The position numbers and the translations under genes were made by a program. A stretch of 64,000 nucleotides of DNA. Source: Octopus bimaculoides (lineage: Eukaryota). The stretch is taken from positions 38,075,083-38,139,082 of the forward strand of contig NC_068985.1 in the NCBI RefSeq assembly GCF_001194135.2, given 5' to 3'. How positions within the stretch are numbered: position 1 is the stretch's first letter; each line of letters starts with the position of its first letter. Under the pieces are notes generated by a model. The model saw only the letters and a list, made by a program, of their open reading frames with translations, had not been told where the DNA came from and did not search any database. Positions 27,220 through 40,327 of the stretch are shown here, piece after piece.

Positions 27220-28062
27220 TTTCTGCTATATACATTAAATATAGAAACTATTACCCACATGCAGCAGGTACAATATGTTTGAAGTTTGAGCATTACATAG
27301 CCAATAAAATTAGCATTAAAATTTTTAATGGAGAAAGTATACAACAGGTTACCTAGAAATGTTCATGCTGTGAGGAATGAATACAGTGAGGAATGAATAC
27401 ACTATAGGTAATGAAGAAAGGTTTCTTTTAAAACTTATTTCAAAAAGGACAGGAGAGCGCGGTGAACATGTTTCGGTCATATTCTAACCTCATTAGCAAG
27501 GAATGGACTTAATGTTCAACGATCAGGATTTATTTCGAATCTACTGATTTACAATGAGATGTTATTGTTCGTGTTGTTTACCTCTCAGGCCAGTCTTGAT
27601 TAAACAAAACTATGATAAAAACCGTTGCAACCGTAATCAACTTGCATTNNNNNNNNNNATATATGTATATACACACCTATGATTTCATCGTACATTGTTT
27701 CTTTCCTTTTCTAAGACGGTAAGCTAATCTGAACGAGATTTCACTGCTTTTGGCTCTGGATCCCCAAAGAAGCTTTACGCATTATTAAATTTTACAAAAC
27801 TCAAACTAGTGATATTTTCTTACTGATAATAACTCTGATTAATTGTATTACCCAATTTGTAGACTGCTTACTATGACATCTAACCTCAGCCTTATCTGAA
27901 ACTACAACTTTAAGCCTTGTCTTAATTATAAGACCCGCAAAATGCCCATCGCTTCATTTACTCGCCTTCTTGCACAGGCACACTTTAAACAACAGTTTAT
28001 CTTTAGAAATATCTACTCTCTCCTTCACTGTGTCTCTCGCCATTTTTCTCACTGTCTCCTCC

Positions 28063-28097
<35 letters not shown>

Positions 28098-28188
28098 TTT
28101 CTGTATATATATATATATATATAATACCTCCCAGTAACTTACAACTTACAGTAGTTTCCTCTATGTGTATATCAACGTATGTATGCGC

Positions 28189-28223
<35 letters not shown>

Positions 28224-28639
28224 TGAGTGAAGGCTTGGTCGTTTGCACTTCTGTGCTTTTATTTGTGTATAGAAATATGCGTATGTATGTACGTGCTTTT
28301 ACGAATATTTTATAAGGATATACGTATAACAAACTTCAGCTAGATTCGTTTAGCTAACAGCAGCTAAATATGTAGTTCCTTTTAATTAAGTTATCTTTTT
28401 AGGTCGAAATGAAGATTACAAGTTAAAAAGTAAATAAATATCAAAGGCAATGGGGTAGAAATGCAATGCCTACATTAAAAAACAAAATCTCGGGTTGCTA
28501 GCAATAAAATAAATAAATTAAGCGATAAAGTAAAATACCCTTGTTATAAGGTGGGGCTTAATCGGTGAAAATGACTAATGTTATAAAGCGTATAAATGGG
28601 GCTTTTGTATACGTATTCCAGCATTGCAGTTGTTCTTGT

Positions 28640-28850
28640 TGTTTGTTAATGTTTTACTGCCGAGTGTTAAAGAAGACTATACTAAGACATTCCAGCCACG
28701 ACCATCCTATCTTTTCATTCAGTCTTATCAAGGGTTCTATTTCCCAATTTGCTGTTTGGTGTTTGAAGTTTGTAGAATGTGATTTATTGCATGCCATTTG
28801 TTGAGGTTAAGTACTGCTATATCTAGCACGTAGTGCAACCACTTAGAGGT
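28640..28850. mobile_element. Old degenerate repeat (family E), with related copies near 6925-7085, 13860-14010, 19780-19960, 26630-26820, 27560-27770 and 50020-50170
   Basis: Shared degenerate motifs such as CATTCCAGCC..GACCATCC, GCAGACCTATGA and GCTGCTATTT.TAGCA in either orientation. Boundaries are approximate and the class is uncertain. Confidence 0.5.
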
Positions 28851-30367
28851 TGATGTTAATCTAGTTACAGTCATTGCTATTGTTACTGTTATTTCTATAT
28901 TTCATACTATTGTACTATTGTTATCGATTTGAAATTTGAGACAAATTTGTTCTCTATATACATATAATGAAACAAAGTCAAGAGAAAAAAAAAACTAACA
29001 TTGTTAATGAGAATCTGAATCAATTATTCATATTATTGATTTACTAATTGGTCGGGGTTTATTTTTGCATATTTTCTTTAAGATAAAGTTCACTCTTAGT
29101 TTTATCATCTGGATAACACTTCTATCAACAATGAGACAAAGTAAGAAAGCTTAATTTATGAAAATTAAAAGTAGTAAAGCCACCATGCAATAAATTCGCG
29201 GCTATAATCATACTTAATGACTGACTGTTTGATATTTTGGCCTCTCAGCTGGAAACACCCAAAACTGAAAAATGAACCCATTTTCTGTCCTCAACTATTA
29301 GTGACACTTCTATTTTGCCAACATTTGGTTTTAAAGAAAACTAGAATCAAACCACTTTGTTAACCGATGTCGTAGTTCGTATATTTTCATGACATGTCAA
29401 ATTGATATTTTAGAACGTATAATACTGCACGATTAGCAGTTTGTGGCCATTTTATTTACGTTCAATCACGCCGTGCTTCACTTTTTTTTTATTGACCTTT
29501 AAATGATTTTGCTAAGTCTCAGAAGAATGTTGCATTTCTTCCTACAGAAAAAAGTGCCTTGAATTTGTGTCTGGTCATTTGCACGGTTCTGCACATTAAA
29601 TATGTAATAATATAGGTGCACACGTTCTTCTCACTCCTCTGGCAAGAAAGAGCAGAGAGAAAGAATGAGAAAGAGGAAGGAAGAAAGCGAGAGAGGTATT
29701 TGTGTGTGAAAGAGAAAGTGAGAGGAGAATATGTGGTAGCTTTTCCAAATGGTAATGGGAAGCCGTCCAAAATTTCAAAATCCTTTGGCGATGAGAAAGT
29801 AGTCCAAAATTGAAATCTATAAGCATCACGTCATCTAATCTTGCCAGAGATTGATGGAATCTAGTCGTGACAGAAGGAAGGAAGTCTATTGAATCATACA
29901 CATGCACTCTGACAGTTTTGAACTATCATCTTGAAAGTGGTCATGATTATTTTAATAGTACAGAAATTAACAAAATAAAATGCAATGGCAAGATCGTATT
30001 TCTTAAGCTTTACGAAAAAAATAAAATAACACAAAACTGTAGGTTAACGAAATAAGAATATATACAAAAATTAACATTTTTTTTTTTTATGAAGTATAAA
30101 GTTATTCTAATTTTTAAGCTGATCTGCTTGCTGTAGCGGGGAAAAAAATCTTGTAGGATTTTAACGTAAGCCACATTCAAAATATAGAACGTGTCTGATG
30201 TCACTAAAGTGCGCAGTTTATCATCGAATAGTATATCCTGATGTTTACGAAGTGTTACGTAATATTTCCTGGCATGAAACTCCCGCTTAACTGTAGATCT
30301 CTTTTAATGGAAAAGCAGTCTGTTTCCTGTTTTCACGCACACATATATACGCATTTTCGGATACGTA

Positions 30368-30414
<47 letters not shown>

Positions 30415-30721
30415 TATATGTTTTTACATATGTATTTTCTGTACAAATATACGTTACAAGACGTTACATGGTCTGTCGTGAGTAGAGCCACCCTGCATTA
30501 CAATAACAATTAAAACCTCACACAAATAACAAAGGCAGAGACAAGGCACATATCAAATTACAGACAGTATGAGATATTTTGCACTTTCATTTGAAGATAA
30601 CATACAAAGTCCCTGTGACATTAGGTGACATCGCCATATTTTGATTACAAAATTGTGTGTGTGTGTGTGTGCGCGCACTAACTCTCTATCTTCAGTTTGG
30701 TTTTCGTATCTCTCTTTACCT

Positions 30722-31022
30722 AATAAAGACATCCTTGGGTCACGAAGGGATATGAGATTGTAGGATTGCACCCAGAAAGCTCCCCTCCGACGCACAAGTC
30801 CAGGCAAGATTGTTTGTGGAATACTAGCAGTCGCCCATGCATATCAGTCTCTTCCTTATCCGGGGACCGATGTTGCAATTTATTTCTTCAGCTGACTGAA
30901 CTGGAGGAACGTAAAAATGGAGTGTCTTGTTCAGGAACACAACTCACAGCCCGATCCGGGAATCGAATCCACAACCTCATCATTGTAAGCCCAACTATTC
31001 TAACTACTTAACCATTCGCCTG
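30722..31022 (-). mobile_element. tRNA-derived SINE, family D, diverged
   Basis: The minus strand starts AGGCGAATGGTTAAGTAGTTAG...GGATTCGATTCCCGG (A/B boxes) followed by a ~250-bp body. Single copy in the window. Confidence 0.7.
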
Positions 31023-31085
31023 CATAATATATTGTCATCAACATAGGGTAATGAACAAAAGTGTTCGATCACGAATACAAATTAA

Positions 31086-31300
31086 CGAGATGGGATTTCC
31101 TACGACGAAACCCTGAAGTAACATTACATCATAGTGTGCGTAGCTCGGAAATCAGTGAATATCTTGGTGTTGAGTGGTCACAGTTCCAGTACTACGGACA
31201 TGGAATTAGAATGTCACTAGAGACAATCGCACGACGGGTTGTTTAAGCGAACCAGCAGGAGACCTAGGAGTAGACCAAGAAAGAGATTGTCGTATTGTAT
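31086..31300 (+). mobile_element. RTE-clade LINE ORF2 C-terminal fragment, decayed
   Basis: With frameshifts it reads EMGF/LRRNPEVTLHHSVRSSEISEYLGVE..QFQYYGHGIRMSLETIARRVV..RRPRSRPRKR, matching the RTE post-RT pattern (LRR..GV...D.VR...IR..LGV...L.W.GHV.RM....GRRPRGRP). Confidence 0.75.
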
Positions 31301-31496
31301 TCATAAGCCTCAGTTGGTCGAACTTCGGAATTCAGTCGGAAAATCGATTATAACGGTTGCGTATATGGAAGAGACACCTGAGGACTCTGTATTCACGACC
31401 CAACGAAGAGTACTGGGTGGAACAGATGGCTGGATGAATGTGTGTGTATGTGTGTGTGTGTGTATACACAAACATTTATATATACATATGTATACA

Positions 31497-31501
31497 TTCA
31501 C

Positions 31502-31586
<85 letters not shown>

Positions 31587-31729
31587 CGTATACTTTTGTG
31601 TATAGTATGCGAATATGTATATGGCTGTATACATAGAAACGATATTGTGTGAAAAATCCTAGACTTTCTAATTGGCACAGTCTCCTGTCTTCTTCTTCTT
31701 CTTCTTCTTCTTCTTCTTCTTCTTCTTCT

Positions 31730-31752
<23 letters not shown>
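31497..31752 (+). repeat. (TA)n tract (about 31500-31580) and (TTC)n tract (about 31688-31752)
   Basis: Direct reading. These tracts produce the poly-YI, poly-S, poly-F and poly-E ORFs in the track. Confidence 0.95.
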
Positions 31753-31760
<8 letters not shown>

Positions 31761-32406
31761 TCTTCTTTCTACCTCCTCCTCTCACCTTCTGTCTCCTCTT
31801 TATACGTTGCACACAGAAACTTATACTCGATTGCTTGTGTGTGTAAAATTATTTAAGTTGTTTAACCTGAGATTTAATAGCGAATATATGTTCATATTTA
31901 AATAAAACAAAACCTGTATTTATAAGAAGTAAATAAAGAAGAGATACCAGGGAAAACAAATTAATTATTTTCGACCTGTTTTTTTTAGGTAACACTCTGT
32001 AACATCTTCATGTAATGACGAGAAAATTACGTGCTTCTTTGGATCAAACACAAGAGCGAGAGAGAAACTGCACCATATACAATGATCAAAAACTATCTAT
32101 GAGATATTAGTCACATTGATGTAGATGTCGTAGTGAGTGGCTTATCTTTTGTTAAAACAATAAAAATAGAGGCTTTTACAAGTTAGTGAAAAGACCTGAG
32201 TTTATATGCGACCAGGGTCTCGCAGCTTTGGTAAAATAAACATGTAAACATATTTATCCCCAGTACACTACGTATTGAGTTCTATTTTAGATAATGTTTG
32301 AATTACGAAATTATATATAAATTCACACATGACTGTATTTGTTAATGTACACACACACACATACATTTATATTAGTGAGTGTCTCACTCACTGTGTATGC
32401 ACGCAT

Positions 32407-32475
<69 letters not shown>

Positions 32476-33825
32476 NNNNNNNNNNNNNNNNNNNNNNNNN
32501 NNNNNNNNNNNNNNNNNNNNNNNNNNNNNNNNNNNNNNNNNNNNNNNNNNNNNNNNNNNNNNNNNNNNNNNNNNNNNNNNNNNNNNNNNNNNNNNNNNNN
32601 NNNNNNNNNNNNNNNNNNNNNNNNNNNNNNNNNNNNNNNNNNNNNNNNNNNNNNNNNNNNNNNNNNNNNNNNNNNNNNNNNNNNNNNNNNNNNNNNNNNN
32701 NNNNNNNNNNNNNNNNNNNNNNNNNNNNNNNNNNNNNNNNNNNNNNNNNNNNNNNNNNNNNNNNNNNNNNNNNNNNNNNNNNNNNNNNNNNNNNNNNNNN
32801 NNNNNNNNNNNNNNNNNNNNNNNNNNNNNNNNNNNNNNNNNNNTATATATATATATATGTGTATGTATGTGGGCCCATACTCACATACATAATTAAATTA
32901 TTCGTTGCGTTACTTTTGCCTTTTCTCTCTGTCTCTGCTTAACCTAAGACTTAAAATATGAACAACCAATATAGAACTGCTCTCCTTTTACTCATTCTGA
33001 GACTCATTCTTTTCCCCTTACCTTTCTTCCTTCATTCCCTCTCTGCGCGTTACCCCCATAAACACCTTTACATGCTCACGTACAACATATCGGTACTACA
33101 TCTACACTTTCTAATAATAGATACTTCTGCTCCAAACTAATCACTCATCCCAAGCGTTGGTGCGCATCGGTGACATTGATGGAGTGAAATATCTGCAAAA
33201 GTCATATGACCACATCTGATTTAACAGCAACGATACGAAAAACATCAACAAAACTCCTCTAACTTCTCACCTAAAACACTATCCCTCGCCTAGTATTTCT
33301 TTGTCTGTCTATCTGTCTGTACGTCTCTCTGTTCGTCTCTCTTAATTTCTTATCCAGTCACTCTTGCTAAACTATCCCAGTCCGGTTGCTTTAGACCGTG
33401 GATGGAAGGTTGTTCCAATAAATTTATTGTGTCAGAGAGTACGAATCTATCACTTTTAATCCGTGTCGCTCACTTTTAGACTATTTATTTAGAAAGACAA
33501 CCATGCTCAAGTCTAATGTTTTTGCTCTTTTTGACCATTTCATTTGTTCTCAGTTGTAGTTGTAACAAAACCAAAGGCCGTGGCATCAACCGCTACTAAT
33601 GTGTCTTGAAAAACTTCTGATTCAGCTAAAATATCTATCTATATGCACGACTTTATCTTTAGAATATATGCCTTGTTACAGATAATTACTGTGATTCAAT
33701 ACTAAGTTGAAGTCAAGGTAATAATAAGTAAGCGAGAAGTGTTGAGTAATATTTACCGGGATTTTAAAGAATAATTTAACGTTGGAAAGACAATAGCAAC
33801 ACAAACGGAATAAGGAAGGAAAGGA

Positions 33826-34020
33826 ACAGAGACAGAAAGAGAGAGAGCGAGAGAGAGAGAGAGAGAGGGAGAGACTGACAGACAGACAGACAGAAAGAGA
33901 GACTGAGAGACAGACAGAAAGAGAGACTGAGAAACAGAAAGAGAGACTGACAGAAAGACAGACGGACAGAGAGAGACATACAGAGACCCAGACAGACAGA
34001 CAGACAGACAGCGAGAGGGA
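33826..34020 (+). repeat. Compound (GA)n/(GACA)n tract
   Basis: Direct reading. Confidence 0.9.
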
Positions 34021-34218
34021 TAGCAATAACCAAAGAGTTTGAGAAGTCAATTTAAAATAAGAAGTAAAGTCATTGCAGTGAGACAGAGAGGTATGTATGT
34101 CGCTAAATATGTGTGCGTATATAAACACGAAGAGTCTAGACTAATGTGTGATTATGGAGAGAAGAAAGAGAAAAGTATACTCAAGAGAGAGAAATATAGG
34201 GAGAGTTAAATGAAATGG

Positions 34219-34267
<49 letters not shown>

Positions 34268-36496
34268 NNNNNNNNNNNNNNNNNNNNNNNNNNNNNNNNN
34301 NNNNNNNNNNNNNNNNNNNNNNNNNNNNNNNNNNNNNNNNNNNNNNNNNNNNNNNNNNNNNNNNNNNNNNNNNNNNNNNNNNNNNNNNNNNNNNNNNNNN
34401 NNNNNNNTATATATATATATATATGTAACTACATGTGGATTGTTTTCCTCCGCCCCCTCTGTCTCCTGTTTCTGAAGAAGAGCTTTGCTCGAAACGTAAA
34501 ACGCTCTTTCTTTTCTTCCCTGAGCGTCTTATTAATACTTTGCGTATACCACGTCCTCGCGTTGTTGTTTTTTCTTGTTGTCTTTTTCTCCATTCTTTTC
34601 TTTTATTATTTATATAAATATTTACCTAAACACCCGTTTTGTTATATTTTCATTTTTAGTACATATCAGTACATTTGAGAATTTATCTTAGTGCGTTTTT
34701 TTCTGGAAAATTTATTTTCTGATTCCTATATTTTTGTAATACTCGCAAAAAATCTCGCCACAAATCAGCTTGAATATTTTCAAAAAAGAAACTAATTGAG
34801 CTCTGCGCCACTCCCACTCACGCATCTAACGCTGTCCTAGTTATGTCACTTGCTTCATCATGATGCTGAATATTAACAATAATTATACATAATTTAATCA
34901 CCCAGATTTGATTGTTAAGCTCATAAAGAACTATTACATTTACCTCTCACTTCTCTTCTCTTCCCATCTCCTTTACTGTTCTCCTTTTACAATATCTTTT
35001 TGTGGTTTCATTATCTGCCAGTCCCTCGATGTCTATCCTTTTTCTCTTTCTTTCTTTCCCCCTTATCTCTCGCTGTCTCTTTCCTTCTTTCTCTTCGTAT
35101 TCTTCATATTTCTCTTGCTCACTGTTGACAAATATTACGAATATGTCGGTTCAAAAAACGTTTGTCCCGTGGATTATAACGAAAAAGATTAGCCGCGAAA
35201 CTCAGTCAGCAAGAAACATGAATGTCACTGGTTATTTCATAATATGAAAATGCCTCCGTTTAGAGTTTTCATATTAGATGATATTTAGTATTTGTTGAAA
35301 AAATTTAATTAACTTTAGCACACACAAACAACAAAACATTGTACACATACACAGCGTATATCCCTACATGCTGTATACATGAAAAGTTAATGCAAGCTGC
35401 TATTTTAGAATTTAGTGAAAAGTTAATTTATTTACGTCAACACTAGATGTAAACAATTACATGTGCGCATGTTCGCATTCATACTAAGTGAAAAATACTA
35501 AACTTATATAATAAATTCTTAGTTTATTAACAGGAATCAAACATAATATTTTTATATCAAGAAATTTATCAAGTGATTATTTATTAATTAATGTGGGTTA
35601 TATCGTTAAGAATATTTGAAGATAAAAAAACATACGTAGACTAATAAATAAAATGTTATCGCAGCTGATACTTGCAGATAGGCAATTGTATTCGTATAGA
35701 AAAGAATGCATACAATATACTTGAAAGAAATATTTTCATTTGCTAGATAAAGCAACTGAAGCTCTCATAAATTCCAATGTTCAAGCATAGAAAGGGCTCA
35801 TTAGATAAATATAATTAATAGCTGCACTGCACATGGTGGGGAGATGGGAAAGACAAGAATGATCTTATCTGAAATGCTTTTTATCATAGATGTGTTTAAT
35901 CAGGTTCTCTTTTGGTTAAAATATACACTAACAACAAATTTTGGGAGAAGAACTTTGATATTTGAAAGGTGATCAAGTCAATCTCGAGTGAGATAGGTCT
36001 TTTATATCTCTAGTGCAACCACAGCTTTGTGTAAGCTGTTTCATAAATGTATTTTGTAGCAGATTTACAGTATCTTAGTTGATAAACAGTAAGGATTTAC
36101 AGTATCTTAATTAATAAACATGTGCGTGTTTTTATCTAGTACGTCGTTGGCATATCTCACCTGCAGTACGTCTTCTCACATCTAGTCAGAACTGTTCTGT
36201 GGAATTCAGTTATTTGTTTTTGCTGAAGTCCTTAATTAATTACTAGTTATTTGCTTTGCTGAAGTCATTAATTAATTACAGTTTGGAAATTTAAATATGT
36301 CACGCGCTCTTGTTTACCTCTATAAAATTTGAATCTCGTAGTTCGAAATCTAAAATTGAAATTAAAGTCTCGAGGTGTAGTTGTTTCCTCCCCACCACCA
36401 CCAGGACTACCATAAAAGCATTTAATTTAATGGAATTTTCCACTCGACTAACCAAATCATAGCTATCGCTTTTTAAGTATTTAAAATTTTTCCTTT

Positions 36497-36629
36497 GAGG
36501 TTCGACTTTGCTTTCATCAATTTTCGTGGTCGATAAAATAAGTACCAGTTGAGAACTTGGGTTGATGTAACCGACTTACACTTTTCCCCCGAAATCGAGG
36601 GCCTTGTACTAAAATTCGGAAGCAATATT
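36497..36629 (+). mobile_element. 5'-truncated family B SINE
   Basis: TCGACTTTGCTTTCATC...GGTCGATAAAATAAGTACCAGTTGAG...GGCCTTGTACTAAAATT; core and tail only. Confidence 0.82.
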
Positions 36630-36899
36630 TAGAATCGATTAATTTTATATTTCTTGAAATAGAATAAAAAACAAATATCTTTAAATATTTGGACGTTTTA
36701 TTTCTAGTAAATTATTTTTATTCAGTTGAACAGTTTTTACTCTTTCAAGCGGTAACTATTTGGGAAATATTTATCGTTCATTTTTTTTTTTTTTTCAGAT
36801 TCTCTCGTTATCTCAGTTAATTCATCCGCCTGTTTTTTTCTTTCTTTCATCCATTTATCAAACAACGTTACTATTACCACCGTCTTCTTGTTCTTTCAG

Positions 36900-37047
36900 A
36901 ACCCGGAGTACCACATTTGGCAGAGGAGAAATTTTTGGACTATGTTCTAGTCCAGAGAAACGAACCAGCTCGTCTTGATTGTTTGATTGTCGGAGCAGCA
37001 CGAATTGAATGGTTTTCTAATTATGAAAAAATTATTAACAGTTCTAG
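36900..37047 (+). CDS. PTK7: Internal coding exon (148 nt, phase 1 to phase 2): N-terminal half of the next Ig domain, PTK7/off-track-like Ig3
   Basis: Acceptor ttcttgttctttcAG (36898-36899) and donor AG|GTACGT (37048). It splices in frame to the 7328-7491 exon (G|AA = Glu), giving EPGVPHLAEEKFLDYVLVQRNEPARLDCLIVGAARIEWFSNYEKIINSS(R), with Ig B-strand Cys and C-strand Trp. It resembles PTK7 Ig3 as recalled (QDVVVARYEEAMFHC...WLFEDETPITNRSR). Confidence 0.8.
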
Positions 37048-38582
37048 GTACGTTTATATGTTCCTTACGTGTGTGTGTGTGTGTGCGTGTCTCACATTTT
37101 CTGTACTCATACCAAGCACAGCATAAATTATCTTTCTATAAATTATTAAATAATGGACCAGATAATATAGATACTGGAGTTAATTAATAAAAGTTAATTG
37201 TTCCCAATGAATATTCATTTTATAATCGCCTCTCAGTCACAACCAATGTAATTTCTTTCAACGTGACTTTGATATATCCATTACTTAAAATGCTCGTCCG
37301 TGGAACATACTTTGCATACCTGACTCAGTTGCCAGGCATATATTCTCCCGTAGATTGTTTCTTTGCTTCTTTCAAGATCACACATACTAGTACATATAGC
37401 TTTATGAATTCTGCGTATGTGTGCGTGTACACTTTGTATCACTCAAATGATTTGAAATTTCACTCTGAAATCTTTTACCGAGGACTAAGTCCACTGGGTA
37501 ACGAGTGACTATAAGAGGAATCCAGACGAGCAGATTATGGAGATAATAATGCCAATAAACAAATAAAGCAAAACCTGGATATTTGCAGATGATGAACATT
37601 CAAGTATAAATATATAGATATTTATATATTAATAGAGCAAACTTACCCAGAGTACAAAGACACAAAAAATTAAAGGGGAGAAGGTATAGTATGTATGTAT
37701 GTATGTATGTATATCACTGTGTGTACTTGTGTGTAAAACACGTACGGAAATGTTACAAGATATATTCAAATTATGAGACGCACATACATGCACACTTTTA
37801 TTTATGTTTGATTTAAGGCAAAATGCGTTACGCGAAACAAAAGGTCCACTAAATCCAACGTTTAGAGTGTCAGTCATTGTTTTATTCATTCATAACTCGC
37901 CAATGTTGAAGTCATTGCATGATATACGCATGGGTTTGTGTAGGTGTACGTTTGTATGTGTATGTAAAGTAAATAATATAACAGCATTCTCGTATATCTA
38001 ACTGAACTCAACAATGTAGTGAGGCTATGATTCAAAATTGATAGCCTTGTGATTAATAATCTTCTTAATCTCAAAGTTAGTGAGTCTACTTTTCGGTTTT
38101 GTACAGAGCTATCTTGCTTTTTGATGTGTATTTATCGAAACGAAGAACTAAATTTATAATGACTGGCTTCCGCTTTTGTTCTTAAGGCTATCCAGTGTAC
38201 ATACCACTATGATGTTGTGCAGCCATTTAGCGGCACTTCCAACATTCATAAATAAGTGATAAGTTACTATGATACATAGTCAGATAACATGAGCGAAGAG
38301 TTTTGTAAAGTGACCTGCCACAGAATAATGTAAATAGTTAAGGCACCATGTGATCGAGGAGATAATGATCAAGCATAACACCTGTCATGTCCCCTTTCTC
38401 CAGAGGAAGATAGACACAGATAACACGAGAATAAATAGTCAAAACCAAAACCATACGTAGTAGTATACTTAATGTTTCGGTCATTTTGAAAATTTCGGAT
38501 TGGCTACCTTTCCATTAAGAATGTCTCCTAGCAACATTGATTGATATAGTGAGAAAAGCTTTGAAAATGGAAACATAAAAAG

Positions 38583-38583
<1 letters not shown>

Positions 38584-38619
<36 letters not shown>

Positions 38620-38643
38620 TGATAATGATAATAATAATAATAA
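38584..38643 (+). repeat. (AAT)n microsatellite
   Basis: Direct reading. Confidence 0.95.
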
Positions 38644-39337
38644 CGAATCCGAATTAGAAAATGCTCGAATATGTGAAAGATTTGCACGAACTCGTGCAGC
38701 TTCTGGTTCTAGAACATACTGATTCTTTAGTTCGATTCAAAACACAAAGGGAGGGAAAAAAATGTTGTTCTTTATCAGTTGGCATACCACATTGTCAATG
38801 TCAGCATACACTTAATTCTAAAATTATCTCATTAATCTTCAAAACAAAATGCGCTTTTCATTCATTTGCCATTTAACAAACCACATTAATGTTTCATGTT
38901 ACTTTCAATTATCTCCATTAACCTAGTTTAATTACAGATGTTATAGGTTGCGTCAATACAAAGATCGGTATTCTTCTTAAACAAGGAACTAAATGGGCTT
39001 ATGGATAATTCCCCCCCCCCCAAAAAAAAAGTAAAATTCTATTAAAAAAAAAGTGAGTGCATTTGCTTGCTGGATGTAATTGATAATAAAAAATAATCTA
39101 TTCGTGAAAAATAATTTTGCGTATCATGCTGCGTTTAAATCTCAAAGAAAGAAACTTTAATGTTATAAAGAGTGAAACCAACTCCATAGTTTTCAAGGTC
39201 GATTATAGTAACGGCAGGGATTGTAGTACTGAATGAACTGCCTCAGTAGATTGCTTTTTATCACTGAACGTTTTACCATTCTTATGTAAAAAAAAAGTCT
39301 TAAAATAATGAACCAAAATGCAAAGATGCTTTATTAT

Positions 39338-39400
<63 letters not shown>

Positions 39401-39420
39401 CACTACTACCACCACCGCCG
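39338..39420 (+). repeat. (CTA)n microsatellite
   Basis: Direct reading. Confidence 0.95.
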
Positions 39421-40242
39421 CCGCCGTCGCCACAACCACCATCACTAATGTTTTTAGAAAGATAAATGGAATTCAGAAAATGAGAGGTGATTCAGTTCAG
39501 AGTCGGGATGTATAATCATTTCTTTAGACTATGCGTAATGTTTGAAATGTAACAAAGAACAGATGGAATAGATTGAATAAGGTTCACGGTGTTTACTTGC
39601 ACTTGTATTTGTATTGTTCCTCCCAAATGGTAGACGAACACAGTCAGCCCCAATATTATTTGAACTTCGTGGAACGATGGGATGAATATTAAGAATCATT
39701 CAGTTCAGTGCTATATAACATTTCTGAGACAAAAAAAGATTGCGGATATCATTTATATAAATATCTTAACGAGTACATGTCATATTCAATTTAGTTTCAG
39801 CATCATTGTTTGCAAAGCACAATGAATGTTTATACAAACGTTTTGGAACATGTTTTGAAGTCTTTAGCATCTTTGAAAGTGACGACAACACCAGAAATGT
39901 GGTCCAATCAGAGGGAACCGTTAACTTCCTTTATTATGTAACAGTGAAATTAAAGGGTGATGGGCAGGAAGAATCATTTAACGTCGGACACAAATGTCTT
40001 GCGGTATTTGTTCTGTTTCTTTACGTTTGGGATTTCTACCTTCATCAGGATAAACTTTGACTTTCATAATTTCAGGCCTGATAAAATAAGGTGCCAGTCT
40101 ACAGTTTACAGCTGTGTGGGGATCGGCATGTCAAAGAGCAGACCTAACGTTTTCGCCTGAGTAACGCAAAGGGATCATACGCCAGAAGTAGGGAATCGCC
40201 AACAAATTAGAGACTATTATTACAGCGCATGCTCCCCTTGCT

Positions 40243-40301
<59 letters not shown>

Positions 40302-40327
40302 GCTACTACTACTGCTACTACTACTAC
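40243..40327 (+). repeat. (CTA)n microsatellite
   Basis: Direct reading. Confidence 0.95.

Larger units (their letters stand above)
7492..36899 (+). other. 29,408-nt GT-AG phase-1 intron of the PTK7-like gene
   Basis: Bounded by the two exons above, whose phases are compatible. No intervening Ig-like exon was found by eye, but about 1.8 kb of this intron is N gaps. Confidence 0.7.

Noticed and set aside
40076-40160. Possible next exon CAG|G-CCT-GAT-AAA… reading RPDKIRCQSTVYSCVGIG
   Set aside because: The phase fits and VYSCVG resembles an Ig F strand, but the E-strand motif is missing and the frame ends at TGA without a good donor. A 15-nt microexon (donor GTGCCA) is weak and unsupported.
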